64,000 nucleotides of DNA from Bdellovibrionota bacterium FG-1 (GCA_051382295.1 JBBCAW010000010.1:1-64000), one strand, 5' to 3'; counted from the first letter of the stretch, positions 28,801 through 39,499 are shown. Program-made: numbers and translations. The notes: generated by a model not told the origin, from the sequence alone.

Positions 28801-28943
28801 TCTTCATCGCTTCCCTTGACTTTGCCCATAACCAGATCGCCATCGAGACGCACATCACTGACGCGTTCTTCGCGAAAATAGGTCTGTCCACGTTTCCAAG
28901 TGAGCTTCTTGAACTCTCTTTTAATCTGACTGTAATAAAGCAT
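25827..28943 (-). CDS. SWIM zinc finger + SNF2 family helicase
   Basis: CSCP...CKH; LADDMGLGKT, DEAQ, TGTPVEN, QATDRLHRIGQ. Confidence 0.95.
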   Translation of the reverse strand: MLYYSQIKREFKKLTWKRGQTYFREERVSDVRLDGDLVMGKVKGSDEEAYETGLVMARGTILNSRCSCPAHRAYEDHCKHVAALAIWVVERGSLLRSGAGGHDYGMAEVMPSARPLVIINQERAKRDGRLRKLLQLNPILLESSFTVTRSQVGALVEGRDMDGRTYNVPITLIEAAALHQYMGPQDLPGRTRRVPVPAEAVTFVRGMFQGRSISALTCEPALRYIDPASKIVQVITMNYLQRMRDPGVFKTSLGVELQILPHAGNDLPIVGTLQSGKVIFQGSEALDNLGRLLTDRKRNQIVLDASIQTEIDPTPLRLASFSVGKKGASSRSLSYEFKGDNFKLSSDEMQELQARGHLSNEFVWKDGKIYRLATSLSTLAQHSNRSGTAQGEGGADSPHPASLPGSKGVAGAFGALYDDGEYPLHPLAVYRLSLELGVETVNVDPDWEEYHQWWKEFSKAKIPSLPKVDYGFSLRDYQINGLSWMWTLYHRGLSSLLADDMGLGKTHQVLALLTSMYRRRTGKPKLPTLVVAPTSVVAAWIQKMEKYETGLKWHVFHGKGRTLPKSGTDMILTTYGILQREPLLRERDWHAVILDEAQAIKNSSTLSARSARALKSKFRIAMTGTPVENQASDLWSLMEFLIPGYFGSLARFKRLYGSGRDILNDSQAQALKRLTSPFLLRRTKAQVLTELPEKTEELRFCQMTAIQKKIYRAYLTSAEASNVRQSLEGAGKVDYAGILALLTRLKQVCDHPQLPVLSAAANQRSESKAIAVQGPAPVGAPIQVIRRRAVDVPKGGKKKGQAVASSRLLVAAEALQKSAGRGVIVKPQPLHKSINPFESGKWEVFEEILNEALGSDLKIVVFTQYLGMIDLVGDFLQSKSVGYTELRGDTLDRAARLAKFANEPECKVFVCSLLAGGLGIDLTAGSVCIHMDRWWNPAKENQATDRLHRIGQTRGVQVFKLQIPGTVEDRIAGIIENKLALSDALIEESPQGLKGFSRKQLLDLLNPNADLGEDADEVDQAEGPAREDLPSEERASAL

Positions 28944-29095
28944 TCATATTCCAACGCTAATGCCACTGTTCAGATTCCGGGGCCACAACGGCCCACCAGC
29001 GAATCCGACGAAGGATGACACCTTAATTTATAATAAATAAAATGTCGAACTAGAAATGTAAGTTTTGATTCCAAAAAGCATTATTTCTAAAAAGC

Positions 29096-29794
29096 TCAAT
29101 GCCCCAACGCTTTATGCAAAGCGGCAAGCTGACCGTTCAAGAGAGCTGGATTACTCGTCCGCTCAGCCTCGGCATGCTTCCCCAACGACGAAACCGTATC
29201 AGACACTCTCTGAAAGGCCATTTTGACAATCAATTTAGCCAAAGAAGGCCGAGGAGGACTGATAAAATTGGTATAACTAATCAAAGTTCCTAAGCCAAGT
29301 CTTTCAAATTTAGCGCTACCCGTACTGTCTTTAATAGTCATGGCCTTCACGAGAGTCCAGCTGATCTCATATCCATCCGGATAGGCCGAAAGTGTATCTA
29401 AAACTGTGTAGTCTTCATCTGGAAGAGCAATGCCCAAAACCCTCGGAAATGTCATGGTGTAATCGACCTCAGTGACCACAGCCCCAGGGTTCTTGGGTTG
29501 AGACTTGGTAATTCCCTCAAACATTGCGGTATGAAGGGGGTAATCAAACAAAATGGCCGCAACTTGGTCAGGCATGGCCTCAGCCCGCTGAAGGACCGTA
29601 ATCTTGGGCCAAACAGAACCATCCATATCCTCAGACTGAACCACTTGTTCACCCTGATTGATCTTAGCCTGGTCTTCAGGGCTCAAACGCGAATAAATAT
29701 CCGCCTGTGCCGCAAAGCTCAATGTGAATGCCAAAATCATCCATCCCGAAACCTTGCCAATAGCCTGTGACATAAGAATCCCCCTGGCCCTCAC
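29096..29794 (-). CDS. Secreted START/SRPBCC-like protein
   Basis: Signal peptide (AQA); helix-grip-like pattern; start uncertain. Confidence 0.6.
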   Translation of the reverse strand: MRARGILMSQAIGKVSGWMILAFTLSFAAQADIYSRLSPEDQAKINQGEQVVQSEDMDGSVWPKITVLQRAEAMPDQVAAILFDYPLHTAMFEGITKSQPKNPGAVVTEVDYTMTFPRVLGIALPDEDYTVLDTLSAYPDGYEISWTLVKAMTIKDSTGSAKFERLGLGTLISYTNFISPPRPSLAKLIVKMAFQRVSDTVSSLGKHAEAERTSNPALLNGQLAALHKALGH

Positions 29795-29868
29795 TTAACC
29801 TGGTTCAAGCCGACGGTCAAATTCTTGTTTAAACGATGCCAATAAGAGGCGCTGTGTTGCGATTTTGA

Positions 29869-32800
29869 TTGTCACGGGTTATGCATGGCCCCATTGTGCG
29901 CAAAATTCCTGGGTATGCCCTGATTCTGACCCTTAGTACACTGAGTCTTACGCTCAGCGCATGCTCCCCGTCCTCATGGTTCAGCAAGGGCAGCGACACT
30001 GGGGTTCAAAATAATGGGGTTTATCGACGAGTCAACAGTCAATGCGCTCAAATGGACCTTTCGCGCTCCCAACTGGATCTTGTGTCAACCCGCAAACTCG
30101 TGGAATGCCTTGACCACGGAAGTGCATTAGGTGCCGTAGGGACGTGGATTCGAAGCCTCAAGGACGAAGAACTCCTCCCCCTCATCACCAGCGTGAACCG
30201 AACCTTCCTCAATCAACCTGACCTCCTTTTTGCCTTAGAGCGCAGCTTCTCCGACATGGACGAACAGGGTGTCTTACGTCCTACTCTCGCGAGCGTCGGG
30301 CAACTTCTGAATCAGGATGAATGGATAGATCGATCGATTCGGATTTTAAAAAAAATCTACGCCCCAACTGGAAAGCTGGATCCACAATTATTGCAGGCGT
30401 TAGCCAAGCTCTCCACCCTACTCACCGAGGAAAAAGTCTCTGACGCGATCGACCTGGCTATTCTACTGACCTCAGCCCCTAGTTTTTCGTCCCTTTGGCA
30501 TCAACTCACCCTCACCGAAGCATCGCAGTCTCGCCCCCTAGATCCCGCCATCTCGCAGGGCTTAGTCAACGCTCTTCGTGCCCCCACTCAATGGGGAAAA
30601 GAACTGATGACTCTCACGATCCAGGGCCATGGCTTGAAGTGGGTCGATCGGATCATTCCTTCAGACCCCAATGAAATCAAAACCGCGATTCCGCGCTTGG
30701 CTTCAATCATGGATGTCACACTCGCCCATCAAGCACGGATTGCCCATCCAATGAGCCTTCTGTTCGAGGCACTCCAAAAACCGGTATCGTGCCTGCAGGG
30801 TGCGCGCGCCATGAAACATGTCTCGATGGATATGTTGCGAGACCTGAGCGCAATCCCTTCTTCGCAAGCCGCTTCTTTTATTCAACGAGATCGCTTGCTC
30901 GAAATTTATCTCACAAGCCCCTGGTGTACTTTCCCCACCGAACTGAGTCAACACTACCCTGCCCTCATGGAACTCGCTTCCTCTGCGGCCATCGAACCCT
31001 TGGCTGACGTCCTGCGCGTCACCTACCAGATCGGACCAGAGGGCGCCCACCCGATCGCCGACTTTTTTATTCGCGCACTGAGTGATCCGGCCTTCCGCTC
31101 GCTCCTTCCGGCATTGTCTGAACTCACCCAACGTGCGGGTTGGACCGATTTGCTTTTTCTCGCCACGACGCCTCAAATCCGAGATCACGCAAAATGGGTG
31201 GATTTGCTGAAGTTTTTTATCGAGCCGATGCCCACGCCTTTGGGGGCGGCGCCAGCCAGTATTCCAAGTATCTATGATGCGTTTGTGGGCGGATTTTCAA
31301 ACATCAACACTCCCGGGCTCGCCCAAGATCTTTCGCGAGAGCTAGACGGCTGGCTCAAAAGCTTTGCCGGCACCGAAATGGGCCTCGACACCACTTTCAA
31401 GGACCTGCGTTCGGCCTACCTGATTAACAATATCCATCCTGTGATTGGTCTCTTGCAAAGCACCTTAGCGAATGCCCCCAGCGATCCAGCTCTGATCGAG
31501 ACTTTACTCAAGATCGCCGCACACCCCGAATTTAGGAGCATGGTTCGCGAATTGGGCCAGATGGCGGCCGCTCACGATGGTCGCCTTCAAGATTTAATCC
31601 AAACCTCACTGAACCTCTTTCATCGTTACGCCGCAAAAGGCTTTGTTGCTGTTGAAACTCGGCCCGCCCATGCGATCGAACCAAAAATGCGAATTCTGTC
31701 CCACCACCACTGGACCTCTGACGACGTCGCGCCGTTGCGCGGGGCCAATGGAGTCTCTTCATTTAACGCCTGTAAAAGCATTGATCTTGCCACGCCCTGG
31801 AACTCACCCTCGTCTACCGATGCAAGCCGCATCGGCCAACTTCATGCGGCCGCCGGGTGTATCAATGGCGACGGAAATTACGCGGATTTTTCCGAAGCGC
31901 TCGATTTTTTGGCGCAAACCCAAACGGATGATCCCACCGTCGTTCGTTCTTTTTATTCTTTGATGATTGAATCCTATAACAACATTTCACTCAGTACTCC
32001 GGATCTTCATGCACTGACGGATTGGGGCATGGCCGCCATCAACGACGGCAGAGTCTTGCGAGGCCTCAAGGCCCTCCCATTTTGGGCTAGCCAGAACCTG
32101 AACCAAGACATCATTACCCCGCTTATCGCTCTGGCCGGACCTGTGATTACGGATTTCAATGTGCGAAACGGAATAAAGAGGCTTGGCCTTTATGGGGCAC
32201 AAGTGCTTCAAAAACCCGTTTTTCAACCTCTCCTGGTTTACCTCGATGATCTTTGGCGGTTACCACCTCGAGAGCTTCCTTCAGAAATCCGAACTTTGAA
32301 TCGCATTCCCTATGATAAAGATCGAATTTTGAGATGGATCTCCAACAAAGAATGCTCAACACTGCCCCCCGATGGAATGCCGTCGGAAATAATTGAAGCT
32401 GCAAAAACTCGTCGTCTTCGGGAGACTCTTGACGAATATGAGCATGCGGCCATTAATCACGGCCCACTCATACATGGAAAATTGCGCCGTGAATGGACGA
32501 CGAGAGAGCTCAAGACTGAGCTCGAACCTATTTTCGGCAAGCTAGGAAACTCGAAAGACAATGGACCATTGATTCAGGCGCTCTTACGATTCGCCGCGCG
32601 CTTTAATGATCGCACGCAATACCCGAAGGATTTTTTGGAAAACTGGCTCAAACGTTTGGCCTCCGATCGAAGACTACTGTCCTACATCTATCCAGGCCAA
32701 ACGCGCCCGCAAGTCCGATTGGTCAATGGACTGGATCGCCTAGGCTTGGTTTTACTCAATTCAGATATTTACGCGCCAGACCCTATCAATATGAATTTTG

Positions 32801-34185
32801 GGATGCAATTTTTGGCTAATATCGCGGAGGCCTGGGGCGATGTGCCTTTCGAAAACCGCCCCCCCGCTATTCAGGCCCTTTATCCAAAAACGGGACATAA
32901 AAAATGTCCGACGTTGGCCGAGGCGGTTCAGGACATCTTGGAGACAGCGCAGACCTTTTATGAGCTAGTTGGATTTCCGGCGCTTCCGAAGTGCACCGAA
33001 GTCCCCAACCCCAACGACCCACCCGATGTCCAAAAAGACGAAACGAGCAATCCCACGTCAGACGTCGCCGGCACGGATGACCCAGACGTCGCGAAGCTTC
33101 AGATCAGCATGTACAATATTTCGGAGACCGTGGGCATCCTCCGAGAAATAACGGCCGACGGAAGCATCCGAGTGCTTCGCGATCTGTTTTTTGATCTGTA
33201 CTACACGGGCCCGGCTGACCATCGCGACTCCAATGCCGGATTAAACAACAACCTGAGTGTTGCGGTGCGGTTGGTGCGGACTGGATTACTCAGACAGATC
33301 GGGATCGCACTCGAAAACAGCAACTCTCGAGATCCGGCCGTTCATTCCATTTTTCAAGTCATGATGGAAGGCTCTGCATCCCCTTTCACGGAATCGGTCC
33401 TCAGGCAGTTGTTGGCCAATGACTCCGAGCACGAACTGATCTGGAACGTCTTGGGCGAGGTTCTTGCCCTACACACAACAGATGATATTGCGCATGCCAA
33501 AAACACTGGACTTTACCTGATCGGAGCAATCGATTCGCTGGGCAAGGCCAAAACCGGGGCCGATGGCCCCAATGAGTTATTGAATCCCGGCCTTCGCGCG
33601 CTGGAACCCATTTTGACTCAGTATCGCGATTTTATCGCGCACCACACAGATCTCGTTGGAGATGTGCTTAAATCGGAAAATTTAGGTCATTTTCTGCAAA
33701 ACCTATCTTTTGACCGCGATGAAATTCGACCTGATTTATTGGACCTAGCGATAGAAATGGTTTCAGATTCTAATCGCGGGCTGGACCTGATGGCTATTCT
33801 TTCGTCGATCCAATCCTCGCCCCAACCCCGGCAAGACTGGGATCAGCTCAAGACACGTTGGGATGCGTTGGACGCGGTCCCCGGATACGTAGACTTAGAC
33901 ATCACGGGACTGGCTAGATCCGGGCTCTTTTTTCTTGAAGGACGAAAGCCCAATGGGGATTCCGCTCCCTTTGAAGAAGCCGAAATCTCTCGTCGCGTAC
34001 TTTTGCAGGTCGCATCGGCCTTGGAACGCAATGATATGGAATTAGTGGATCAGCTTCTAGTGTTGGCTGGCCGTCATCCCGAGTCCGTGACGGCGTTGAT
34101 ACGTTCGCTAGCGCGCATGGTGGAGCATGGTGAAGTCCCCCATTTGCTCGATCTTTTACAAAAGACGCTCGAAAAGCCACAGTAA
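29869..34185 (+). CDS. Large helical lipoprotein of unknown function (1438 aa)
   Basis: Uninterrupted ORF; lipobox LSAC; Leu-rich helical composition. Confidence 0.85.
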   Translation: MSRVMHGPIVRKIPGYALILTLSTLSLTLSACSPSSWFSKGSDTGVQNNGVYRRVNSQCAQMDLSRSQLDLVSTRKLVECLDHGSALGAVGTWIRSLKDEELLPLITSVNRTFLNQPDLLFALERSFSDMDEQGVLRPTLASVGQLLNQDEWIDRSIRILKKIYAPTGKLDPQLLQALAKLSTLLTEEKVSDAIDLAILLTSAPSFSSLWHQLTLTEASQSRPLDPAISQGLVNALRAPTQWGKELMTLTIQGHGLKWVDRIIPSDPNEIKTAIPRLASIMDVTLAHQARIAHPMSLLFEALQKPVSCLQGARAMKHVSMDMLRDLSAIPSSQAASFIQRDRLLEIYLTSPWCTFPTELSQHYPALMELASSAAIEPLADVLRVTYQIGPEGAHPIADFFIRALSDPAFRSLLPALSELTQRAGWTDLLFLATTPQIRDHAKWVDLLKFFIEPMPTPLGAAPASIPSIYDAFVGGFSNINTPGLAQDLSRELDGWLKSFAGTEMGLDTTFKDLRSAYLINNIHPVIGLLQSTLANAPSDPALIETLLKIAAHPEFRSMVRELGQMAAAHDGRLQDLIQTSLNLFHRYAAKGFVAVETRPAHAIEPKMRILSHHHWTSDDVAPLRGANGVSSFNACKSIDLATPWNSPSSTDASRIGQLHAAAGCINGDGNYADFSEALDFLAQTQTDDPTVVRSFYSLMIESYNNISLSTPDLHALTDWGMAAINDGRVLRGLKALPFWASQNLNQDIITPLIALAGPVITDFNVRNGIKRLGLYGAQVLQKPVFQPLLVYLDDLWRLPPRELPSEIRTLNRIPYDKDRILRWISNKECSTLPPDGMPSEIIEAAKTRRLRETLDEYEHAAINHGPLIHGKLRREWTTRELKTELEPIFGKLGNSKDNGPLIQALLRFAARFNDRTQYPKDFLENWLKRLASDRRLLSYIYPGQTRPQVRLVNGLDRLGLVLLNSDIYAPDPINMNFGMQFLANIAEAWGDVPFENRPPAIQALYPKTGHKKCPTLAEAVQDILETAQTFYELVGFPALPKCTEVPNPNDPPDVQKDETSNPTSDVAGTDDPDVAKLQISMYNISETVGILREITADGSIRVLRDLFFDLYYTGPADHRDSNAGLNNNLSVAVRLVRTGLLRQIGIALENSNSRDPAVHSIFQVMMEGSASPFTESVLRQLLANDSEHELIWNVLGEVLALHTTDDIAHAKNTGLYLIGAIDSLGKAKTGADGPNELLNPGLRALEPILTQYRDFIAHHTDLVGDVLKSENLGHFLQNLSFDRDEIRPDLLDLAIEMVSDSNRGLDLMAILSSIQSSPQPRQDWDQLKTRWDALDAVPGYVDLDITGLARSGLFFLEGRKPNGDSAPFEEAEISRRVLLQVASALERNDMELVDQLLVLAGRHPESVTALIRSLARMVEHGEVPHLLDLLQKTLEKPQ

Positions 34186-34196
34186 CTCTTCCGTGA

Positions 34197-35381
34197 CTAC
34201 GCCGCCTTTTTATCTTTTGATGAAAATGATAAATAGGTCGCCTCAACATGGGCCGGCTGGACAATGGGCAGACTCATTCTGAAACAAGTATGGGGATGAG
34301 TCCTATCGAGTTCTAACTTGCCATGGTGTTCCTTCAAGATAGAATGAGAAATACTCAAACCAATGCCGGTACCCTCGCCTTGCGGTTTGGTCGTAAAAAA
34401 TGGTTCCATGATCTTATTGGCAACACTCGGTGGAATCCCACCGCCACTATCAATCAAGGCGATCTCAATCATTCCTTCGTCCTCTCTCACTTCAAGACGA
34501 ACCCATTTTTCCGGAAGAGCCTTCACAGCATAGAACGAATTATTAAGTAAATTCAAGATAACTTAGGATATCTGAAGAGGACGGCATTCGAAATTCAGCT
34601 GCGGAAACTCATTGACCTCGAGGGTAACCCCGGCCCCTTTGAATTTTTCCTGACTCAGGGACAACACATCGTCTATGATCACTCGAAGAGAACTACTCTG
34701 AATGGAAGAAGCCTTATCGCTGCGAGCCATACGAAGCATAGCTTGAATCACCTTCGCTATTCGATTCGAAGTGGCTTCAAGGGTATCCAAACCACTGATC
34801 AACGCGGGCTGCTCCATTTTTCCAGACAAGATTCGCCGCTTCATCTGGGCCACCCGGCCCACGATAATCGCCAAGGGATTATTGATCTCATGAGCTACCC
34901 CGGCTGCCATTTCTCCCAAAGACGAGAGCCGCGCGGAGGTTTCCACCTTAGCCCTGTTTTCACGAGCGGTTCGTTCGACCGCTTTGAGGTCCGAAATGTC
35001 GGCCACCAAAAACAGGGTCCCGCTAAAAACACCGCCCTTTCCAAAAATAGGAGTCGCGCTAATCAAGGTCCACCGGGCAGAGCCGTTTTTGTGCCGCAGC
35101 TTAGCCTCAAACCGATCCACCGCCTGGGCCGGCTGACGCTCCATGAATAGCTCTACGGGAGTCACGTCATCAAACCAAATGAGATCAAAAATGGGCTTTT
35201 TAAGGATCTCGACTTCGGTCAGACCAACCATCGCTGAAAAAGCAGGATTACCGAACAAAGTATTCCCGTCAGGATCAACAATCCAAATCCCCTCCGCCAC
35301 GCTTTCGACGATCATCCGATAGATTTCGTCGCCCAGTAGATTGGAGCTATTTTGAAGATTTTTGAGGTGATCAGACGTCAT
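34197..35381 (-). pseudogene. PAS-domain sensor histidine kinase interrupted by an in-frame TAA
   Basis: PAS, AHEINNPL, then IS*VILNLLNN (TAA at 34563-34565, expected CAA), DSGGGI, PFFTTK, GTGIGL all in one frame. Confidence 0.88.
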
Positions 35382-35717
35382 AATTGTGGCGAAATTCCAA
35401 TGTTCCCAAAAAACACACGCAAAATCTTCTGCGTAAATGCTTTGTCGGCGACTTCAATAGAAAAGTTGCGGATTATCACCACGGCACACTGCCGGGACTG
35501 CTCGGTGGGGCGCACCTGCCATTCCCCATTCACCTGACTCACGTGGGAATGAAGATCGCCTTGCCGACAACGGATGACTCCATTAACCTTCAATGGCTGA
35601 ACACCCCATTTCCAAAGGAGGCTGAACGCCTCATCCAAACGGGACTTCGTCAGCGCCTATTCGATACACTCAAGGATCACAAAACCAGAAGACCTTTCGA
35701 AACCCTCAATCAGGTAA

Positions 35718-35758
35718 TTTGACGCAGATCTCAACCAAAAGGTAGGGACTACTTTTTA
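35718..35758 (+). repeat. 41-bp perfect direct repeat, copy 1
   Basis: TTTGACGCAGATCTCAACCAAAAGGTAGGGACTACTTTTTA, identical to 39983..40023. Confidence 0.95.
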
Positions 35759-37084
35759 GAGCCGGTGTCCAAGCGCTAGTTCCAGTTTCGCGAGCGCCTC
35801 AGAAGCGTCGAGCTGCGCTCGGATCACGCCGGCCCGAGCGCGGAAAAGCTCAAGCTCCGCATCGAGCGTTTCGGAATGCGTTTTCGTTCCAGCCCTTGTC
35901 GCTAATGTCGCGAGCCTGACGCTTTCAGTGGATTTCGCAACGGAGCGTTTTCTGGCTTCATATAACACCGCATTGTAGCTGAATCTGCGCTTCCAGGCAG
36001 CAAACTCGTTGGGCGAAGAAATCAGTGTTTTCCGATAATCCTCAGACGCGATCTTAGCGGCGTCCTCTGACCGATGCTGTTTTGCCATCGCGGCTCCGCC
36101 GTCAAAGAGATTCCAGCTTAACCTTAAGCCAAAGGAGTAGGCATTCTCAAACGAACTATTGGGCAAGATGGCGGGATCAAATTCGCCATACTTGTAGAAT
36201 TGTTCGACGCCAAAGAGCGATACTCTCGGAAACCAGAATCCGCCTGCGGCGGAACTTAATCTATCCTGGGCCCGCTCTCTGAGCGATTGCGCCTGCACGT
36301 CCTCCCCTTGGGACATATCCAACGACAAAGTTTCTGGAACTATCTTGGGGTTCGGCTGGGGCAGCGTACCTGCGAGCGGACGATCATCCACTTCGACCCC
36401 CATGGTTTCGAACAACGCCTGCCGGGCCGTGGCGATATTGTCGGCCGCCAGAAGCTTTTCGGCCCGTGCCTCCTCAAGCTGAGACTCGATTCGAAGAACA
36501 TCGATGTTCGTACTGAATCCTGCACGCTGATTCGCCCGGGCCAATGTCAGATGTTGCTCCAGGGTCTCGATATTCTGGTCGGCAACCTTGGCGAGTTCCA
36601 AAGCCGCCAACGCTTGATAGAATTTGATCCGAATCCCTTCTTCCAAACCAAACTTTGCGTGACTCCATTCAAACTGAGCAGCCTCATTTTCCAAGGAGGA
36701 GGCCCTGTAACGATTGATCGCGGCTAACCCATCAAAAAGCAGGACTGAAGCCTCCAGCTCGAAATCGGTCTGGGGAAAGGCAGATGGAAAATGGACTGCG
36801 TTGCCGCCAAAGAGTACGCCTAGATTCGAATACTTCGCCCCGAGAAAGTGCGTACCATGAGCACTGAGATGCGGCAGATGCTCGGAAAGGGCCTCGAGTT
36901 TACCCCAGCTGCTCGAGTCGGCCTGGATCTCCCTTTTCTTTAAATCGGGGCTATGGTCTCGGGCCGCTTCGAGGGCCGAGGACAAGGTCAAGGATGGGAC
37001 GGCCTCGGCGCCGTAGCTTGAAGCTACGAGCAGGAAGATCAATCCCAGTATGAATGACATGAGGACCTTTCCAGATGCAGGCAT
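35756..37084 (-). CDS. TolC-family outer membrane efflux protein
   Basis: Signal peptide, two OEP repeats (LPHLS, LFDG, WNLFDGG); start MPASGK. Confidence 0.9.
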   Translation of the reverse strand: MPASGKVLMSFILGLIFLLVASSYGAEAVPSLTLSSALEAARDHSPDLKKREIQADSSSWGKLEALSEHLPHLSAHGTHFLGAKYSNLGVLFGGNAVHFPSAFPQTDFELEASVLLFDGLAAINRYRASSLENEAAQFEWSHAKFGLEEGIRIKFYQALAALELAKVADQNIETLEQHLTLARANQRAGFSTNIDVLRIESQLEEARAEKLLAADNIATARQALFETMGVEVDDRPLAGTLPQPNPKIVPETLSLDMSQGEDVQAQSLRERAQDRLSSAAGGFWFPRVSLFGVEQFYKYGEFDPAILPNSSFENAYSFGLRLSWNLFDGGAAMAKQHRSEDAAKIASEDYRKTLISSPNEFAAWKRRFSYNAVLYEARKRSVAKSTESVRLATLATRAGTKTHSETLDAELELFRARAGVIRAQLDASEALAKLELALGHRL

Positions 37085-37088
37085 TTTT

Positions 37089-38654
37089 TCACTCCATCGC
37101 CGCCAGTTGTTTTTCTTGGCTGATTTTCGCGACCTTGTTCGGAAGGAGGAACGCGGCCGAGATTCCACACAGGACAATAACAGTTCCAAACAGAAAAGAG
37201 TCGCCGAATCCCGCGGACTGCGCGGACGTAGCCACTGACTTTCCGATACTCATGAGGGCGATCCGTGCCGAATCCGCATGAGTGTATCCCAGGAGGTGCG
37301 CATGCTCCGAAACGCGCCGAAACGCCGCACGGAACGCGGGGGACGAGGTACTCACCGCGCTGCCAAAAACCCCCAGGTGAAATTTGATGCGATGACTGAG
37401 AACCGTGGCGAGAATAGCGATCCCGACGGATCCGCCCACTTGCTGGATGAGATTGAGCATGGACGACGCCATGCCCGTGCTGCACTTAGGAACGCTGTTG
37501 AGCGCGACCGCCGTGACCGGCGTGAACATCAGTCCGATTCCGACGCCACGGACGAGAGTAGCGATGATGATATCCGAGGTCGAGGTGTTGACGTCGATAT
37601 TCCGTAATTGGTACATGAAGAGAGCCACACCTAGCAGTCCGATGATAGTCACGATCTTGGCCCCGACCCAATCCATGAGCTTGGGAGAAATCGGCATCAT
37701 GATGCCGACCAGCAAGGAACCCCAAAGGAGAAGGACGCCGCTATCGGTCTCGCTGAGCCCACGAAGCTGTTGCAGATACAGTGGAAGCATAAAAACCCCG
37801 CCATACAATGCCACCGAGCGAACGACGGTAACAGCCAAGCATGCCGAGAAAACCGGATACTTGAACAGGCCGATGTCGACGATTCGATAGGGTATGATGC
37901 TTTCGACAAGCAGAAATCCAGAAAATCCGATCACCGAAAGTATGCCACATGTAATGATGTAGGCAGAACTCCATCCTTCATGCTCGCCCTTGGAGAGTCC
38001 AAGGAGGAAAGAGACCAGGAAAAGAGAAAGAAATCCAAAGCCCCAGAAATCAAATGGCTTGTGCGTCTCGGCGTGGGGTCGATCGTGCTTCAATATGGCC
38101 GCTGCGAGCGCGATGCCTACGATCCCAATAGGAAGATTAATCAGGAAGATAGACCTCCAGCCAAACACCTCGGTCAGCCACCCGCCTAAGGTAGGGCCAA
38201 AGGCGGGACCCACGATCACACCCATGCCCCAGTATCCCAGCGCCTTGGCGCGCTCATGCGGCGGAAATTCCTCGGAGATCATCGCCATGCCCGTTGGAGT
38301 GATGGCACCCCCTCCAAAGGCCTGAATGACCCGCGCCACGACCAGGGAGGGAAGGTTCCAGGCCATTCCACAGAGGAGCGACCCCAGAGTGAATACGACC
38401 ATGCTCGCAATGAAGAGCGCCTTGTGGCCCACGCGATCCCTGAACCAGGCGGTGAGGGGCATCAACGTCGCGAAAGCGAGCATATAGCCCGTCACAATCC
38501 ATTCGATGTCGTTCAGGGAAGAACCGAAATCCGCCATGATCGCCGGGAGCGAGACGTTGACGATGCTCTGATCCAGAGCGCCCATCAGAGTCCCGATCAT
38601 GACGATACCCAGAACTTTCCAGGGATACTTCAGATCCCGACCCCCGCTAGTCAT
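37089..38654 (-). CDS. DHA2 (EmrB/QacA) MFS efflux permease
   Basis: ALDQSIVNVSLP, WIVTGYMLA, RVIQAFGGG, GPTLGG, FLINLPIG. Confidence 0.93.
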   Translation of the reverse strand: MTSGGRDLKYPWKVLGIVMIGTLMGALDQSIVNVSLPAIMADFGSSLNDIEWIVTGYMLAFATLMPLTAWFRDRVGHKALFIASMVVFTLGSLLCGMAWNLPSLVVARVIQAFGGGAITPTGMAMISEEFPPHERAKALGYWGMGVIVGPAFGPTLGGWLTEVFGWRSIFLINLPIGIVGIALAAAILKHDRPHAETHKPFDFWGFGFLSLFLVSFLLGLSKGEHEGWSSAYIITCGILSVIGFSGFLLVESIIPYRIVDIGLFKYPVFSACLAVTVVRSVALYGGVFMLPLYLQQLRGLSETDSGVLLLWGSLLVGIMMPISPKLMDWVGAKIVTIIGLLGVALFMYQLRNIDVNTSTSDIIIATLVRGVGIGLMFTPVTAVALNSVPKCSTGMASSMLNLIQQVGGSVGIAILATVLSHRIKFHLGVFGSAVSTSSPAFRAAFRRVSEHAHLLGYTHADSARIALMSIGKSVATSAQSAGFGDSFLFGTVIVLCGISAAFLLPNKVAKISQEKQLAAME

Positions 38655-39499
38655 CAGCGCACCCGAATCTTGACTTCCACGGACTGACCGGCCCTGAGCA
38701 ATTGTCCCTCATGCGGATCGAGAGCCACTTTAATCGGAATCCGCTGCACCAGCTTGGTGAAATTCCCCGAAGGGTTTTCGGACTGAATGAGCGCGAACTG
38801 CGAGGCGGTTGCCGCGCGGATTTCGGAGACCTTTCCGCTGAGCACGCCGCCTTCGTCCACGTGGATGATCACGGGCTGCCCCACAGTCACCAAGGCCACC
38901 GCTGTTTCCTCGATGTTGGCCGAAATCCAGGCGTGATCGATGTCAGCGACGGTAAGCGCCGACTGGTTGGGCTCAAGAATGTTGCCAATTTCCGTCACCT
39001 TCTGGACGATGATTCCGTCAACCGGACTTTTAAGGAAAGTTCTGTCGTACGCAATTTGGGCGAGCTGCAAATCGGCCAGCGCCATCTGGCCAGCGACGCG
39101 GGTGTTGTCCACCTCGCGCGGAGGGATTCCATTCTGCTCGGCCAGTTGCTCTGCCCGCTTGAGTTCCCGCTCGGCCTGCGAAGCTTTGGCTTTGGCCTTC
39201 ATCAGATTCGCTTCAGCCACGGAGTGATCCAGCTCAAGCAAGACCTGGCCCGCTTTGATTCGATCGCCCTCGGTGACACTGAGCTTAACGACCTTTCCGC
39301 TGACGCCTTCGGGGGCCAGCCTGACCAGGGTCGCCGCCACTCTGGCATCGTCAGTCGACACGAATGAACGAAAGAAGAAGAACCAAGTGAGGACGCCGAA
39401 AACTCCGATGACAGCGCCAACCCCAAGCACCTTCTTGGCCCTCGGATGGACCCACCACCGTACTTTCGCAACAGACTGATGATGTATTTGTTGGGTCAT
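38654..39499 (-). CDS. HlyD/EmrA-family membrane fusion protein
   Basis: VSTDDA, SPVDG, ANIEET, NPSGNFTKLVQRIPIKV. Confidence 0.93.
   Translation of the reverse strand: MTQQIHHQSVAKVRWWVHPRAKKVLGVGAVIGVFGVLTWFFFFRSFVSTDDARVAATLVRLAPEGVSGKVVKLSVTEGDRIKAGQVLLELDHSVAEANLMKAKAKASQAERELKRAEQLAEQNGIPPREVDNTRVAGQMALADLQLAQIAYDRTFLKSPVDGIIVQKVTEIGNILEPNQSALTVADIDHAWISANIEETAVALVTVGQPVIIHVDEGGVLSGKVSEIRAATASQFALIQSENPSGNFTKLVQRIPIKVALDPHEGQLLRAGQSVEVKIRVR

Noticed and set aside
35384..35722. Plus-strand 112-aa ORF (or 57 aa from ATG 35549) ending inside the 41-bp repeat, and the opposite 86-aa ORF
   Set aside because: No recognisable motif or convincing RBS; coding status cannot be supported
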